DNA from: Gemmatales bacterium
GTDB lineage: Bacteria; Planctomycetota; Planctomycetia; Gemmatales; HRBIN36
Reading direction: 5' to 3'
Assembly (NCBI GenBank): GCA_041640595.1
Contig: JBEPZY010000001.1
Span: 960,001 to 1,024,000, forward strand
Length of the DNA stretch: 64,000 nt
Shown here: piece after piece, positions 40,328 through 51,159 of the stretch
How positions within the stretch are numbered: position 1 is the first letter of the stretch
Layout: every line of letters begins with the position of its first letter
Notes under the pieces: generated by a model
Told to the model about the DNA's origin: nothing
The model's database searches: none
The model's input: only the letters and a program-made list of their open reading frames with translations
Program-made: the position numbers and the translations under genes

Positions 40328-40920
40328 GCATCAACCGCTTGAGAGAAAACACTGCCGTGGCCCCCCTGCAAATCGCCGGGTGGGTTCCGCCGAGAATCGC
40401 ACGGGGCAACCGAAAGGGGATAACCGGCCAAGTTTTCTTGCATGTCTCATCGCCAGCGTCGAATCGCCCGGAATGGGAATGGAAGCAAGACGTCTTTTTC
40501 TCAGCGTATCGGTGCTTGTTTACGCGAAATCGCACGAAGCAATGGACAAAAAAGGCCATCCAGAATCCACGAGACTGGCCGCCCCATCACCCGGGCAACC
40601 GTGGTTCAGCCGACCACCGCAGATTCTATTGCCGTTCACGCTGGCGGAGGCACTTTACCACGAGCAGAGCCACACTGCACCTCTGCAGGAGAAGACCAGT
40701 GCCTCGGCCCCTCTCGTCGCATCAGAGTCTGCACAGGGCTGACTTGGGGTTTTTGCTTCTGCATGAAACTCGACCTATGCTTAGGATGTCAGGGTAATTC
40801 CATATCGCTAGACGTATTATCCATCACAGAAACAGACGTAAATACTCAGTGCATCGGAAGAAAGGGCGGGATGTGCCTGTTAACGAGAAGGATTCGATGC
40901 GATCGGGGAGACACCACGCC

Positions 40921-43311
40921 ATGGTGGAAACAGAGCAGGATGTTCTCAAGTCACCTGGGCTTTCGTTGTGGAATAAGGCAGTTGTTGCTGTCTTGGTTAT
41001 TTTCCTGATATGTGGCACTGCTTTCAGTTACTGGCAACTGTACCGCCTGGAAAAACGCCAGTACGAGTTACTGCCTACGCAAGGAGCGGAGCTACTAGCG
41101 CTGTTGATAACGGCGTTCCGGCAGGTGCACGCTGAATCCCTCGTCGACTCGAATCAGCACCAGGGCCCCCATGAGCGTCCAGGCCATCAGGTCGCGGGTT
41201 ATTCCGCTTTGTTGCCAGCGACGTTGGCGCTGAAGGCTGGGGAACGCTTGAGCGAACATCGCCCAGGTGCTTACATCCGATTGTACAGTGATTATCCGTT
41301 CCCCTGGCGGAAAGACGGTGGGCCACGGGATGCTTTCGAGTGGGAAGCCTTGCATGCGCTGCGCCAAAATCCTGACCAGCCTTTCTACCGTTTTGAGGAA
41401 TTCCAGGGTCGGCCGTCTTTGCGATACGCAGTGGCGGAACGGATGCAAGCAGCGTGCGTATCCTGCCACAACAGCCATCCCGATTCCCCTAAACGTGACT
41501 GGAGCGTCGGCGATGTTCGGGGAGTGGTGGAGATCATTCGGCCTTTCGATGGCGCAGTAGCCCAGAACCGGGCGAGCCTGTACCGCTCGGCACTGGTTTG
41601 CCTGGGGATGAGCGGTCTGGGTATAGTAGGTTTGGTCCTGGTGAATCGGCAGCGAACTGTCTCCGCCAAGGCAGCCATGGAGAGTGAACAAAAACTCCGG
41701 CTCATCCTGGAGAGCGCCGGCGACGGTATCGTTATCGTGGACGAACAGAGGCGGATTGTACTGGTCAACCGGCAAGCCGAGCGGATGTTCGGATACCCTA
41801 GGGCGGAATTACTCGGAAAAGAAGTTGAAACGCTCATCCCGGAGCGTTTCCGTCAGGGTCACCGCGAACATTTTGCCCGCTACTTGAGGAATCCCACGCC
41901 TCAGCTGATGGACTCACGTGAACGACCATTGTACGGTCTGCGCAAGGATGGAAGCGAGTTCCCGGTAGCCATCAGTCTGAACTCTGTCCCACTAGCCAAG
42001 AGGATGCTTATCTGCGCCATCGTGCGCGATGTAACAGAACGCAGACACTACGAACAGGCCTTACGCGCCGCTTACCAGGAAAATGCACAGCTTATTGACG
42101 CAATGCCCTGCATTTTGATCGGTCTGGACAACGCTCAGTGTATCCGGAAATGGAACAAAGTAGCGGAGCGCACGTTTGGCCGGCCAGCCGCACAAGTGCT
42201 GGGGCAGCCGCTTCGTGCAGCTGGCATTGGCTTCCTCGACGATGCGATATTCAAGGGCCTGGAAACTTGCCATCGCCAGCAACGGCCGGTCGAAATTGAA
42301 AACGTAAGTTACCGCCGACTGGATGGAACAGTTGGCCAGCTGAGAGTATCGCTGGCCGTGCTCAACAGCCAGGAAATGAATTCCTCCGGCATTCTCGTGG
42401 TTGCAGAGGACGTGTCCGAACGACGGCAACTCGAAGCCCAGCTGGCCCAAGCCCAGAAGATGGAATCCATCGGCCAGCTGGCAGCCGGTGTGGCTCACGA
42501 GATCAATACGCCCATCCAGTACATTGGCGATAACGCCACCTTCCTGCGCGACGCCTTTCCGAGCCTAGACCAGCTTCTGGCTCAGTACGAAAGGCTGATC
42601 GCAGCGCTCAGGATGAATTCACTCACACCGCAGATGCTGGAACAGGCAGAAGCGTTGTTCGCGCAAGCTGATTTACCCTACCTGCGAGCAGAGATACCTC
42701 AGGCCATTGAGCAAATTCTGCAGGGAGTCAGCAACGTGGCCAGGATAGTGCGGGCCTTGAAGGAATTTTCCCATCCCGCTACAGAGGAGAAAACCGCCGT
42801 GGACATTAACCGTTCCATTGAGTGCACCGTCACCGTGGCCCGCAACGAATGGAAGTATGTAGCCGATGTAATGACCGAATTGGATCCTTCCTTGCCCCCA
42901 GTTCTATGCCTTCCGGGCGAAATCAACCAGGTGCTGCTCAATGTGATCGTAAACGCCGCCCATGCTGTTGCCGAGCGGGTGGCCACGGGTGAAATCAACC
43001 GTGGTATCATCAAGATCAGCACCAGTCGCGCCAATGGCTACGTGCGGATATCTGTCAGCGACAATGGCTGCGGTATCCCTGAAAAAATTCGCTCCCGCAT
43101 TTTTGAGCCCTTTTTTACCACCAAGCCGGTCGGCAAAGGAAGCGGCCAGGGGCTGGCAATCGCTCATGCCATCGTGGTCAAAAAGCACGGCGGACAGATC
43201 ACGTTTGAGAGCGAAGTCGGCAAGGGGACGACCTTTCATATTCTCCTGCCACTAGATGAAACGCTCGACTCGGGAGAAGGCATTGAAACTGCGAATTCTA
43301 TTTGTGGATGA
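40921..43311 (+). CDS. sensor histidine kinase with periplasmic heme-c (DUF3365/Tll0287-like) domain and two PAS domains
   Basis: TM, SDYPF..R, D.FE..AL, CVSCH, W.VGDVRG, TM, PAS x2, AHEINTP H-box, [12 protein letters not shown]. Confidence 0.9.
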   Translation: MVETEQDVLKSPGLSLWNKAVVAVLVIFLICGTAFSYWQLYRLEKRQYELLPTQGAELLALLITAFRQVHAESLVDSNQHQGPHERPGHQVAGYSALLPATLALKAGERLSEHRPGAYIRLYSDYPFPWRKDGGPRDAFEWEALHALRQNPDQPFYRFEEFQGRPSLRYAVAERMQAACVSCHNSHPDSPKRDWSVGDVRGVVEIIRPFDGAVAQNRASLYRSALVCLGMSGLGIVGLVLVNRQRTVSAKAAMESEQKLRLILESAGDGIVIVDEQRRIVLVNRQAERMFGYPRAELLGKEVETLIPERFRQGHREHFARYLRNPTPQLMDSRERPLYGLRKDGSEFPVAISLNSVPLAKRMLICAIVRDVTERRHYEQALRAAYQENAQLIDAMPCILIGLDNAQCIRKWNKVAERTFGRPAAQVLGQPLRAAGIGFLDDAIFKGLETCHRQQRPVEIENVSYRRLDGTVGQLRVSLAVLNSQEMNSSGILVVAEDVSERRQLEAQLAQAQKMESIGQLAAGVAHEINTPIQYIGDNATFLRDAFPSLDQLLAQYERLIAALRMNSLTPQMLEQAEALFAQADLPYLRAEIPQAIEQILQGVSNVARIVRALKEFSHPATEEKTAVDINRSIECTVTVARNEWKYVADVMTELDPSLPPVLCLPGEINQVLLNVIVNAAHAVAERVATGEINRGIIKISTSRANGYVRISVSDNGCGIPEKIRSRIFEPFFTTKPVGKGSGQGLAIAHAIVVKKHGGQITFESEVGKGTTFHILLPLDETLDSGEGIETANSICG

Positions 43312-44497
43312 TGAGCAGAATATCCTGGACGGTCTGAGGCGAATGCTGCGCCCGCTTTCGTCGCAGTGGGATATGGCGTTCGCCCAGAACGGACCGGAAG
43401 CTCTGACATACCTGGGACGGTGTGCATTTGACGTTTTGGTCACCGACATGCGGATGCCGGGCATGGACGGGGCACATCTCCTGGCGGAAGTGCAACGACG
43501 TTTTCCTGACGTGGTACGTATTGTGCTGACCGGTCAGTGTGATTGTGAGGCGGCTCTGCGCTCAGTCTCGCTTGCCCACCGCGTCCTGACCAAACCGTGC
43601 GAACCTGAAGTACTCAAGGCCACCATCGCACGTGTCCTGAGTCTGCGAGCCCTGCTGCAAAGTGCGGACTTGCAGCGATTGCTGTCCCAACTGCAAACAA
43701 TACCCACTCTTCCGTCCCTCCACGCGGAGGTTCTACGAGAACTCGACGCCCCAGAGCCGTCCCTAGTCCGGGTTGCTGAGATTATTAGCCAGGACCTTGG
43801 TATGACGGCTAAGATCATTCAGGTCGCCAACTCTGCCCTGTTTGGCATACGCATGCCGGTAAGTAGCGTGAAGCAGGCAGTCTCCTTACTTGGATGCCAG
43901 AATATCCGCCTCCTGGTACTGGCGAGTGGTGTATTTTCTTTGTTTCAGTCGAATGGCCTGCCTCCTTTCAGCGCAGATGCCATGTGGCAACACAGTCTGC
44001 GCGTGAGTAAGTGGGCGCAAACCATCGCTCTGGAAGCAGGTGCCCACGGAAGTGTCATTCCCCACGCCACCCTGGCAGGCTTATTGCACGATGTCGGCAG
44101 ATTGGTTCTCATTGCCAATTTGCCAGCGGCCTACGAAGCAATTGTGCACCAGGCGAAGCAAACAGGTAAGCCACTTTGTGAGGTTGAGCGAAGTGTACTG
44201 GGAGCAACTCACGCCGAAGTGGGCGCTTATGTGCTAGGATTGTGGGGATTTCCCGAGCCGATTGTGGAGGCGGTCGCCTGGCATCATACACCGAGCGCCT
44301 GTGCCGACGAACTCTTCAGTGCCCTGACCGCGGTCCACGCTGCCGATACTTTGCTCGCCCAGGAATGGGAAGCCCAGACCGGACTGGTGGAGGCACCGCC
44401 TGATAGTGACTACTTGAAACGGCTCGGACTAGCTCGACGGATGGACGAATGGCGAGAAGTCCAGCTCTGTCTTGCTGAGCATGAAGGACTCCCATGA
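43283..44497 (+). CDS. response regulator with HDOD output domain
   Basis: TTG start after GGAGAAGG; ILFVDDE, DMRMP; LPSL, ANSA, GLLHDVG, HAEVG....W.FP. Confidence 0.9.
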   Translation: MKLRILFVDDEQNILDGLRRMLRPLSSQWDMAFAQNGPEALTYLGRCAFDVLVTDMRMPGMDGAHLLAEVQRRFPDVVRIVLTGQCDCEAALRSVSLAHRVLTKPCEPEVLKATIARVLSLRALLQSADLQRLLSQLQTIPTLPSLHAEVLRELDAPEPSLVRVAEIISQDLGMTAKIIQVANSALFGIRMPVSSVKQAVSLLGCQNIRLLVLASGVFSLFQSNGLPPFSADAMWQHSLRVSKWAQTIALEAGAHGSVIPHATLAGLLHDVGRLVLIANLPAAYEAIVHQAKQTGKPLCEVERSVLGATHAEVGAYVLGLWGFPEPIVEAVAWHHTPSACADELFSALTAVHAADTLLAQEWEAQTGLVEAPPDSDYLKRLGLARRMDEWREVQLCLAEHEGLP

Positions 44498-45642
44498 CTG
44501 CACGCATCCTCTTTGTAGATGACGAACCCAATGTCCTAGCCGGCCTGCAACGCCAGTTGCGGAAGCAATTTGACGTGGATGTGGCGGTGGGAGGCGAACA
44601 AGGGCTTGCAGCGGTACGGGAGCGAGGCCCCTACGCAGTGATTGTCTCTGACATGCGCATGCCCGGTATGAACGGCGCTCAGTTCCTGAGCCGCGTCCGT
44701 GACCTTGCTCCCAACACCGTCCGCATGCTCTTAACAGGCTACGCGGATATGCAGTCCGCTATTGCAGCGGTCAACGAAGGGCATGTCTTTCGTTTCCTGA
44801 CCAAACCCTGCCCGCCTGAGGCTCTGGTCAAGGCCCTGCAAGATGGCATCGAGCAATTCCGCCTTGTCACCGCCGAAAAAGAACTCCTCGAGAAGACCCT
44901 GCGTGGCAGTATTCAGGTTCTGGCTGAGGTTCTGTCCCTGGTCAACCCACTGGCCTTCGGCAAGGCCAGCCGGGTGCAGCGCCTGGTACAGCAATTGGCC
45001 AGCATCCTCCAGGTGCCCAACTGCTGGCAATTGGAAGTGGCGGCGTTGCTTTCGCAGATCGGTTGCGTCACAGTTCCTGACTCGGTGCTGAGTAAAATCT
45101 ATGCAGGCTGTGAACTATCGCAGGAAGAGTTTGCCATGTTTGCCGCCCATCCTAATGTCGGGCGAAACCTTATTGCCAAAATTCCTCGCCTGGAGGAGGT
45201 GGCCACGATCATTGGTGACCAGCACCTGCGTTTTGATGGTCAGGGGACTCCACCTGGCGGGAAGAAAGGTACCGATATCCCTCTCGGCGCCCGCGTGCTC
45301 AAGGTAGCTCTCGACTGCGACACACTGGAAACCCAGGGACTTAGCTGGCCCGAAGTGATTCAGCGCCTGAAGGCCCGCGCTGGCTGGTACGACCCGGACG
45401 TCTTGCAAGCACTGGAAAAGATTCCCTGGGAGCCAGCCCCTCATTCCTGCCGCGAACTTCCTCTCAGTGAACTGAAGCCGCGAATGATCCTCGCTGAAGA
45501 CATTGTCAATCGGACCGGGCAATTAATGATGCGCAAAGGGCTGGAAATCACCGAGACGGTACTTCACCGCTTGCGGAACCTGTACACCAGTGGGCAGCTC
45601 GGGAAAACGGTCAAAGTCTTCATCCCGACAACTGCTTCTTAG
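44494..45642 (+). CDS. response regulator with degenerate HD/HD-GYP domain
   Basis: REC domain; LLSQIG replaces LHDIG, QHLRFDGQG replaces HHE..DG.GYP; IPLGAR. Confidence 0.85.
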   Translation: MTARILFVDDEPNVLAGLQRQLRKQFDVDVAVGGEQGLAAVRERGPYAVIVSDMRMPGMNGAQFLSRVRDLAPNTVRMLLTGYADMQSAIAAVNEGHVFRFLTKPCPPEALVKALQDGIEQFRLVTAEKELLEKTLRGSIQVLAEVLSLVNPLAFGKASRVQRLVQQLASILQVPNCWQLEVAALLSQIGCVTVPDSVLSKIYAGCELSQEEFAMFAAHPNVGRNLIAKIPRLEEVATIIGDQHLRFDGQGTPPGGKKGTDIPLGARVLKVALDCDTLETQGLSWPEVIQRLKARAGWYDPDVLQALEKIPWEPAPHSCRELPLSELKPRMILAEDIVNRTGQLMMRKGLEITETVLHRLRNLYTSGQLGKTVKVFIPTTAS

Positions 45643-45847
45643 CGGTTTTTCGCTCTCGGGACGTGGACTGGGAGGAGACGCCATCGGTAATGCGACTACC
45701 GAGAAATCAGAAGTCGGCCGCTGCTGGAAGCTGGCGCACTCCTGCACCCGGTTGCAAGGCTGTGTGTGGAAAAACACAATGCATAGGCAAGCTTCGTCTG
45801 CCATCGGGTAGCGGTGGCCTTCGTTCCGTTACCTTGCCTTTTTCCTT

Positions 45848-48037
45848 CTAACCACTGGTAGCAGAGGGAAGCACATCGGCAGGCCGCTCAAAGGTGAAGC
45901 CGAACGCTTGCAGTGCCTGGCGAATCGCGGGGTCCGCCAGAAGCTGGCGAAAAGCGACAACGGCAGGGCGAGACCAGCGCTGCCAGGGCACGACAAAGTC
46001 GAACCACTCCTGTTGTAAAGGGATAAAAGCCAGACCGTGATCCTGTGCCACATGACTGATGCAAACACCCCAATCGGCCCGTCCCTGAGCGATGGCCGCC
46101 GCGACCGCATGATGCGATCGGGCTTCGTTCGCGTAACCGGGTGGCCGTGCTCCCTGAAGTAACCGGTCAATGAGGATGCGTGTGCCGCTGCCCGCGTTGC
46201 GGTTGACGAGCAGGCATTCGGGATCGGCAAGAGCTGCACGCACGGCTGCGGCAGCACTCTTGCCCTCAAAGCGCGGATCACCAGGACGGTAAGCGATTCC
46301 CTGCAATCGGCCGTAGCCGGGCAGCAAATAAAGGTCGCCAGTTACAAATGGCCGGTTGTATTCACCGCTCCCCGGGTCGAAAAGATGTATTCCCGCAAGA
46401 TCGCATTCGCCGCGACGAGCGGCGGTCAGCCCGGCCAGACTACCGACAGCCAGCATCTTGGTCCGGAAGCCCCGGGCATGGAGCTGACTCAGCAAGTAAT
46501 CGAGGCCCACGCAATGACTGCCGATGACCACTAAGTCCGCAGGACGCAACTGCCGGCCCATGAGGTGCACAGTAACGATTTCGCCCGCCTCCAGCATTTC
46601 GCAGCCTTTGGGAATGATCACAAAACCATCCGCGCGACTGAAAGCGGTAACGGAGCCGGAACCTTTGCCCAGAGGATAAGCAGCGTAGCGCACCGGACTA
46701 CTCGACGCGGCATCACTAACCGATTGCATGGTCGCGGCCGGGGTCGCCGGTGAAATGGGACCTGAGGCGACGTCTTTGGAACGTGGGTTGCTGATCGTTG
46801 CGGGCCGTGTGCCGGTCTGTGCTCCCGCAGTCGCTTCAGCCGACGCTGACTGGCCCGAATCCGCTGATCCAGCACGCACGATGTCGCCCGAAGGCGGGAG
46901 CCATTCTACGAGATTGACCAGGACATATTCCGTGCGGCCTCGCTCCGAATGCAGCCGAACCGGCAGGCGTGCTGGCAATGTGGCCGGTTCCTGTTCGGGC
47001 AATCCGGCCCAGAGGCGTATCACCGGAGCCACGAACTCACGGAACGTAAATAACGCCGAGGTGGGAAAGCCTGGCAGAATCACGACAGGGGTACGGTCAA
47101 TAACCGCCAGGCATAGCGGTTTACCGGGTTTGAGCGATACGCCATGCACCAGGATTCCCGGCTTCCCTAACTCGGACACAACACGGTAACAAAGATCGCC
47201 TGCCCCTTTCGAGGTTCCGCCGGATAACAGAACCATATCCCAGCTCAGCGCGCGTTGTAACGCCGAACGCAGAACTTCCGCATTGTCTGCCACGATACCG
47301 AAAAGCGTCGGTTCGCCACCATTTTCCCGAACCGCATCTGCCAACATGGTGGCGTTGCTGTCGTAAATTTGCCCCGGGCCTAACGGCTGGCCGGGCGGCA
47401 CTAATTCATCACCGGTGGAAAAGATGGCCACGCGCGGCTTGCGAAATACCGGAACCCGCGCCAGACCGAGAGCAGCCAAAACAGCGGTTTCCCTGGCCGT
47501 CAGCAGTTCACCACGGCGAAGCACAACTTCCCCCTGGCCGATGTCCGTTCCGGCCATGGTTACGTTGCTGCCTGGAGTGACCGGTCGCTTGACCAGCACC
47601 GTACCACCGGGCGGTGTGGTGCTATCGGCGGGTCGCGGGTCGGGTTCCCAGGTGGTGAACTCCACCATGATTACGGCATCTGCACCTCGCGGCAGCATGG
47701 CTCCCGTGGCGATGACGCTGGCCGTGCCGGGAGTCACCATCCGCTCCGGTTTGCGACCGGGCAGGATCACTTCACCCGTCCACCGCAAACGGACTGGCTG
47801 AGTTTCCTCGGCTCCAAAGGTATCGGCAGCTCGCACCGCAAACCCGTCCACATTGGCCCGGTCAAAACCCGGAACATCCAGGCGTGCGGTGATGTCCTGG
47901 CTCAAAATCCGCCCCAGGGCTTCGTTCAGGGCTATCCACTCTTCACCCCGCGGCTGGAGGTTCAGCGCCGAGCGAAAGCGTCGCTGCGCCTCATCGCGAT
48001 CTACCACCTGCAGGAATTGTTCTTGCCAGTCCGCCAT
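45848..48037 (-). CDS. moeA: molybdopterin molybdotransferase MoeA fused to PBP/LysR substrate-binding domain
   Basis: RANVDGFAV, STGDEL, SGGTSKG, KPGKP, LPGFP; C-terminal GSHC, NRNAGSGTR, ADWG. Confidence 0.9.
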   Translation of the reverse strand: MADWQEQFLQVVDRDEAQRRFRSALNLQPRGEEWIALNEALGRILSQDITARLDVPGFDRANVDGFAVRAADTFGAEETQPVRLRWTGEVILPGRKPERMVTPGTASVIATGAMLPRGADAVIMVEFTTWEPDPRPADSTTPPGGTVLVKRPVTPGSNVTMAGTDIGQGEVVLRRGELLTARETAVLAALGLARVPVFRKPRVAIFSTGDELVPPGQPLGPGQIYDSNATMLADAVRENGGEPTLFGIVADNAEVLRSALQRALSWDMVLLSGGTSKGAGDLCYRVVSELGKPGILVHGVSLKPGKPLCLAVIDRTPVVILPGFPTSALFTFREFVAPVIRLWAGLPEQEPATLPARLPVRLHSERGRTEYVLVNLVEWLPPSGDIVRAGSADSGQSASAEATAGAQTGTRPATISNPRSKDVASGPISPATPAATMQSVSDAASSSPVRYAAYPLGKGSGSVTAFSRADGFVIIPKGCEMLEAGEIVTVHLMGRQLRPADLVVIGSHCVGLDYLLSQLHARGFRTKMLAVGSLAGLTAARRGECDLAGIHLFDPGSGEYNRPFVTGDLYLLPGYGRLQGIAYRPGDPRFEGKSAAAAVRAALADPECLLVNRNAGSGTRILIDRLLQGARPPGYANEARSHHAVAAAIAQGRADWGVCISHVAQDHGLAFIPLQQEWFDFVVPWQRWSRPAVVAFRQLLADPAIRQALQAFGFTFERPADVLPSATSG

Positions 48038-48163
48038 AGCTCGCTGGTGTCGCCCAATGGCCTAATGGTCACCACGGTTTACCTGGGCAGTTTGCAGTTC
48101 GGTCAGACCCAGGTGTTGTCGTCGCCGATTGTGAAGCACTTCGCATCGGCAGGACGCTGGCGA

Positions 48164-49423
48164 TTACTCCGACAGCAGGGGATGTTCTCCGTCATAAAGG
48201 TACACGCAGACACTTGCCCCAGCCGGATACCCTTCGCAATCGGCCGGGACGAGCACAAATCCATCGGCTTGCGTCGTTGTGGTCAGGATGGAGGCGCCGC
48301 TCGTGGCGATCGGCTCCACTCGCCCCTCGTTTATGCGCACACGCACGTAATCGAGACGGCCCAGTTCCGACGCGATCTTCTCGGCCAACGGCAAATGCAG
48401 ACGACGATATGGCCAGGCAGTGCTGCGCCCGGCAAGTCGGCGAATAAGTGGCCCGGCGAAAAAGTCATAAGCGGCCAGACACGACACTGGATTGCCTGGT
48501 AGCAGCACCACCGAACGACCTTGCACCCAGCCAAACCCTGTCGGCGACGATGGTCGCATGGCGACTCCATGCACAGCTAATTCGCCCAACTCCGCCACCA
48601 CTCGCGGTGCGTGGTCTTCCTGACCAACGGAACTACCGCCCGAAACCAAAACCACGTCCGCTCCCGCACAAGCCTGGAGCAATCGCTCGCGGACGATTTC
48701 CCGCTGATCCGGCACAATGTCGCCATGTATTGGTCGGCCACCATCGCGGCGAATCAGGGCATCGAGCATGACGGAATTGCTATCCACGATGCGATAGTTG
48801 TCGGGCCGACTGCCGACGGGCAACAATTCATCTCCGGTTACCACGACAGCCACCTGCGGAATTCGGATGACCGGAACCGAATCGTATCCCAGTGCCGCAA
48901 GCACAGCAACATCCTGAGGACGCAATCGCCTGCCTGCACGCAAAACCACGCTCCCCGCGCGTATGTCCTCGCCACGTCGGCTGACACATTTGCCCGGCGG
49001 AACCGGTTCGAGGATGCTGACCACACCGTCGGCTTCGGTAGCCAGTTCCGCTCGCACAACCGCGTTAGCTCCCTCGGGCAGAGGTGCACCGGTCATGATC
49101 CGCACTGCTTCGCCACTCTGCAACGCCCGTGGAAACGGTTTGCCTGGTAACGATTCGCCCACCAACAAAAACGTGAGCGGATTGTAAACCGATGCCCCGA
49201 ACGTTTCTTCACCGCGCAGGGCATAGCCATCCATGGCGGCACGGTCAAAATACGGAACATCCCGGTCGGCGAGGACATCGGCGGCAAGCACCCGGCCGAC
49301 CGCCTGCCAGAGGGAGACCGTCTCCGCCTCCAGCGGCCGCACGGACTCCAGCAACTTTCGCTGGGCCTCCCAGGCATCGCTGCGCTGGCGAAAGCCACGC
49401 ATCCGCACATCGTCGTGACTCAT
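48164..49423 (-). CDS. moeA: molybdopterin molybdotransferase MoeA (gephyrin-like)
   Basis: RAAMDGYA, IMTGA, TGDEL, SGGSSVG, LPGNPVS; start at MSHDD. Confidence 0.92.
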   Translation of the reverse strand: MSHDDVRMRGFRQRSDAWEAQRKLLESVRPLEAETVSLWQAVGRVLAADVLADRDVPYFDRAAMDGYALRGEETFGASVYNPLTFLLVGESLPGKPFPRALQSGEAVRIMTGAPLPEGANAVVRAELATEADGVVSILEPVPPGKCVSRRGEDIRAGSVVLRAGRRLRPQDVAVLAALGYDSVPVIRIPQVAVVVTGDELLPVGSRPDNYRIVDSNSVMLDALIRRDGGRPIHGDIVPDQREIVRERLLQACAGADVVLVSGGSSVGQEDHAPRVVAELGELAVHGVAMRPSSPTGFGWVQGRSVVLLPGNPVSCLAAYDFFAGPLIRRLAGRSTAWPYRRLHLPLAEKIASELGRLDYVRVRINEGRVEPIATSGASILTTTTQADGFVLVPADCEGYPAGASVCVYLYDGEHPLLSE

Positions 49424-49580
49424 CACTACCTCGCTTCCACAAGCACTCCCACCCGGGCCAGGTTCGCTATGGTTATTATTGCCCACTCGTGCGTCCTGAT
49501 GGCTCGGCCCGGCGTTTCGTCCTGCCCTGGCACGTAAACCTTTGCTTTTGCAACCCCATTTGGCCGATACGCGCTCAGGC

Positions 49581-49608
49581 TTGTTTCTTGCGGTGGCGTT
49601 GCTATAAT
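49581..49608 (+). promoter_or_regulatory. promoter for tRNA-Asn
   Basis: TTGTTT-N16-TATAAT with TGn extended -10. Confidence 0.6.
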
Positions 49609-49666
49609 CTAAACGAGAATTTCTGCAGCCAGCTGAGCCCCCGTATCGGGCTCAATCTTGGCGTAC

Positions 49667-49739
49667 TCCCCGGTAGCTCAATCGGTAGAGCGGCTGACTG
49701 TTAATCAGCGGGTTGCAGGTTCGAGCCCTGCCCGGGGAG
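49667..49739 (+). tRNA. tRNA-Asn (GTT)
   Basis: acceptor TCCCCGG/CCGGGGA, D-arm GCTC..GAGC, anticodon arm GCTGA-CTGTTAA-TCAGC, T-arm GCAGG-TTCGAGC-CCTGC; CCA not encoded. Confidence 0.97.
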
Positions 49740-50107
49740 CTTTCCCCAACACCTCCACCAATGTGGTCTGCTACTCGCTGTTCCGCTGGGATGTCAGCAT
49801 CGGTTCACCAATTGCAACGCGGTTTCCTGGCTCTGCTGCTGCTCCGTCATGATATGGCCCACTTCCGCTGGATAGCAAAATCTCCGTTCAACCGGCCCGG
49901 TTTGATTCCGCATCGTTTTGCACTAATCGTCGGGCACTGATCGAAATTCGCCCTCCTGTGTCCATCGCTTTGTTCGCAAGTAGGCTTGCCGGTCAGCGCA
50001 ACCGGCGTTGCAGACAACCCGGGCCAGGTATGTGAGCCGGAGCATTCCAAACCCATACAATTGGACACGTCCCTGACACATTTGCGAAAAAGCCGAGGTT
50101 TTCGCCC

Positions 50108-50857
50108 ATGGCCAAACTTAGTGTCCAGCAGATACGCGAACGGGCAATTGAGATTATCCAGCAGTCGCCTGGTGGCATTCGTTACGGCGAGCTTATCGGC
50201 AGGATATTGCAACAGAGTCCCGAAACTCCCAAAAACACGGTACAAGGAGCTGTTTGGGACCTGGATAGACGGTTCCCTGAGTTGGTTCACAAGCCGATCA
50301 GAGGAGTCTTTCAAGCAAAAGCCGAAAGTTCGTCGTCACCTACTGTCCCACCTCCAAGCAAGCTGCCGCGAGAGGAAGACTTCTATCAGCCGTTCGCGGA
50401 CTGGCTTACAAACGAACTCGAAGAAGTGACCGTGGCGGTGCCGTTGGGTGGTGCCGGGTTGCAGAAGAAATGGGGAACACCTGACGTGGTTGGAGTGTAT
50501 AAGCCTCTGGCCTCACACCGGATCAAGTTCGACATCGAGATTGTTTCCGCCGAAATCAAGGTGGACCCCACGCAACCTGTAGTTGCGTTCGGACAGGCGG
50601 CAGCGTATCGTTTATTCTCCGCGAAATCTTACGTGGTTATGCCCCGAACGATTCCACTCGAAGACTATGGCCGACTCGAATCCCTGTGTTTGCTTTTCGG
50701 CATCGGTTTAGTCCTGTTCCAACCGGATATCGAACAACCAGATTTCGAGATTCGGGTACGAGCCCAGCGGTATTATCCCGATATGTATTATGTGAACGAG
50801 TTTGCCGACCGCCTCTATCAAATAGACCCTTCTTTGTTCAACCAGCTTTTCGGCTAA
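50108..50857 (+). CDS. N-terminal HTH plus PD-(D/E)XK nuclease-fold protein (COG2958/HrgA-like)
   Basis: EEDFYQPF, WGTPDVVGV, SAEIK, FGQA, LFGIGLV; short N-terminal winged-helix-like segment. Confidence 0.65.
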   Translation: MAKLSVQQIRERAIEIIQQSPGGIRYGELIGRILQQSPETPKNTVQGAVWDLDRRFPELVHKPIRGVFQAKAESSSSPTVPPPSKLPREEDFYQPFADWLTNELEEVTVAVPLGGAGLQKKWGTPDVVGVYKPLASHRIKFDIEIVSAEIKVDPTQPVVAFGQAAAYRLFSAKSYVVMPRTIPLEDYGRLESLCLLFGIGLVLFQPDIEQPDFEIRVRAQRYYPDMYYVNEFADRLYQIDPSLFNQLFG

Positions 50858-51159
50858 CGCCCCACCTATATTGCCAATATCCCTCACACCCGGAACAAGG
50901 CGATCCACAAAGAACCAGTGGTGTTTTTCAAGGTCTAAGCACAACGCTATACCGGAGTGCGCTACTAAGTTTTAGCACTACGCCCGACGTACTAAACTCC
51001 ATAGCTGCCCGTCGCTCAGGCGAAGTGTAAACGAGCCACAGGTAAGGGATGTTGCTATCGAAAGCTAAATGTTCGGAGCTGCTAAGTTGCGGACACTGCC
51101 GCGCTAAACCGTTTAGAGACACCGGGCTAGACCACTTAGAGCCCAGGGACCGTAAGCCT

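Noticed and set aside
40395..40435. Possible c-di-GMP-I riboswitch (GGGCAACCGAAAGG)
   Set aside because: Only the GAAA-loop fragment resembles it; the GACGCAAAGC junction and second stem are absent
49528..49550. sigma-54 promoter-like TGGCACG...TTGC
   Set aside because: GG-to-GC spacing does not fit the -24/-12 consensus
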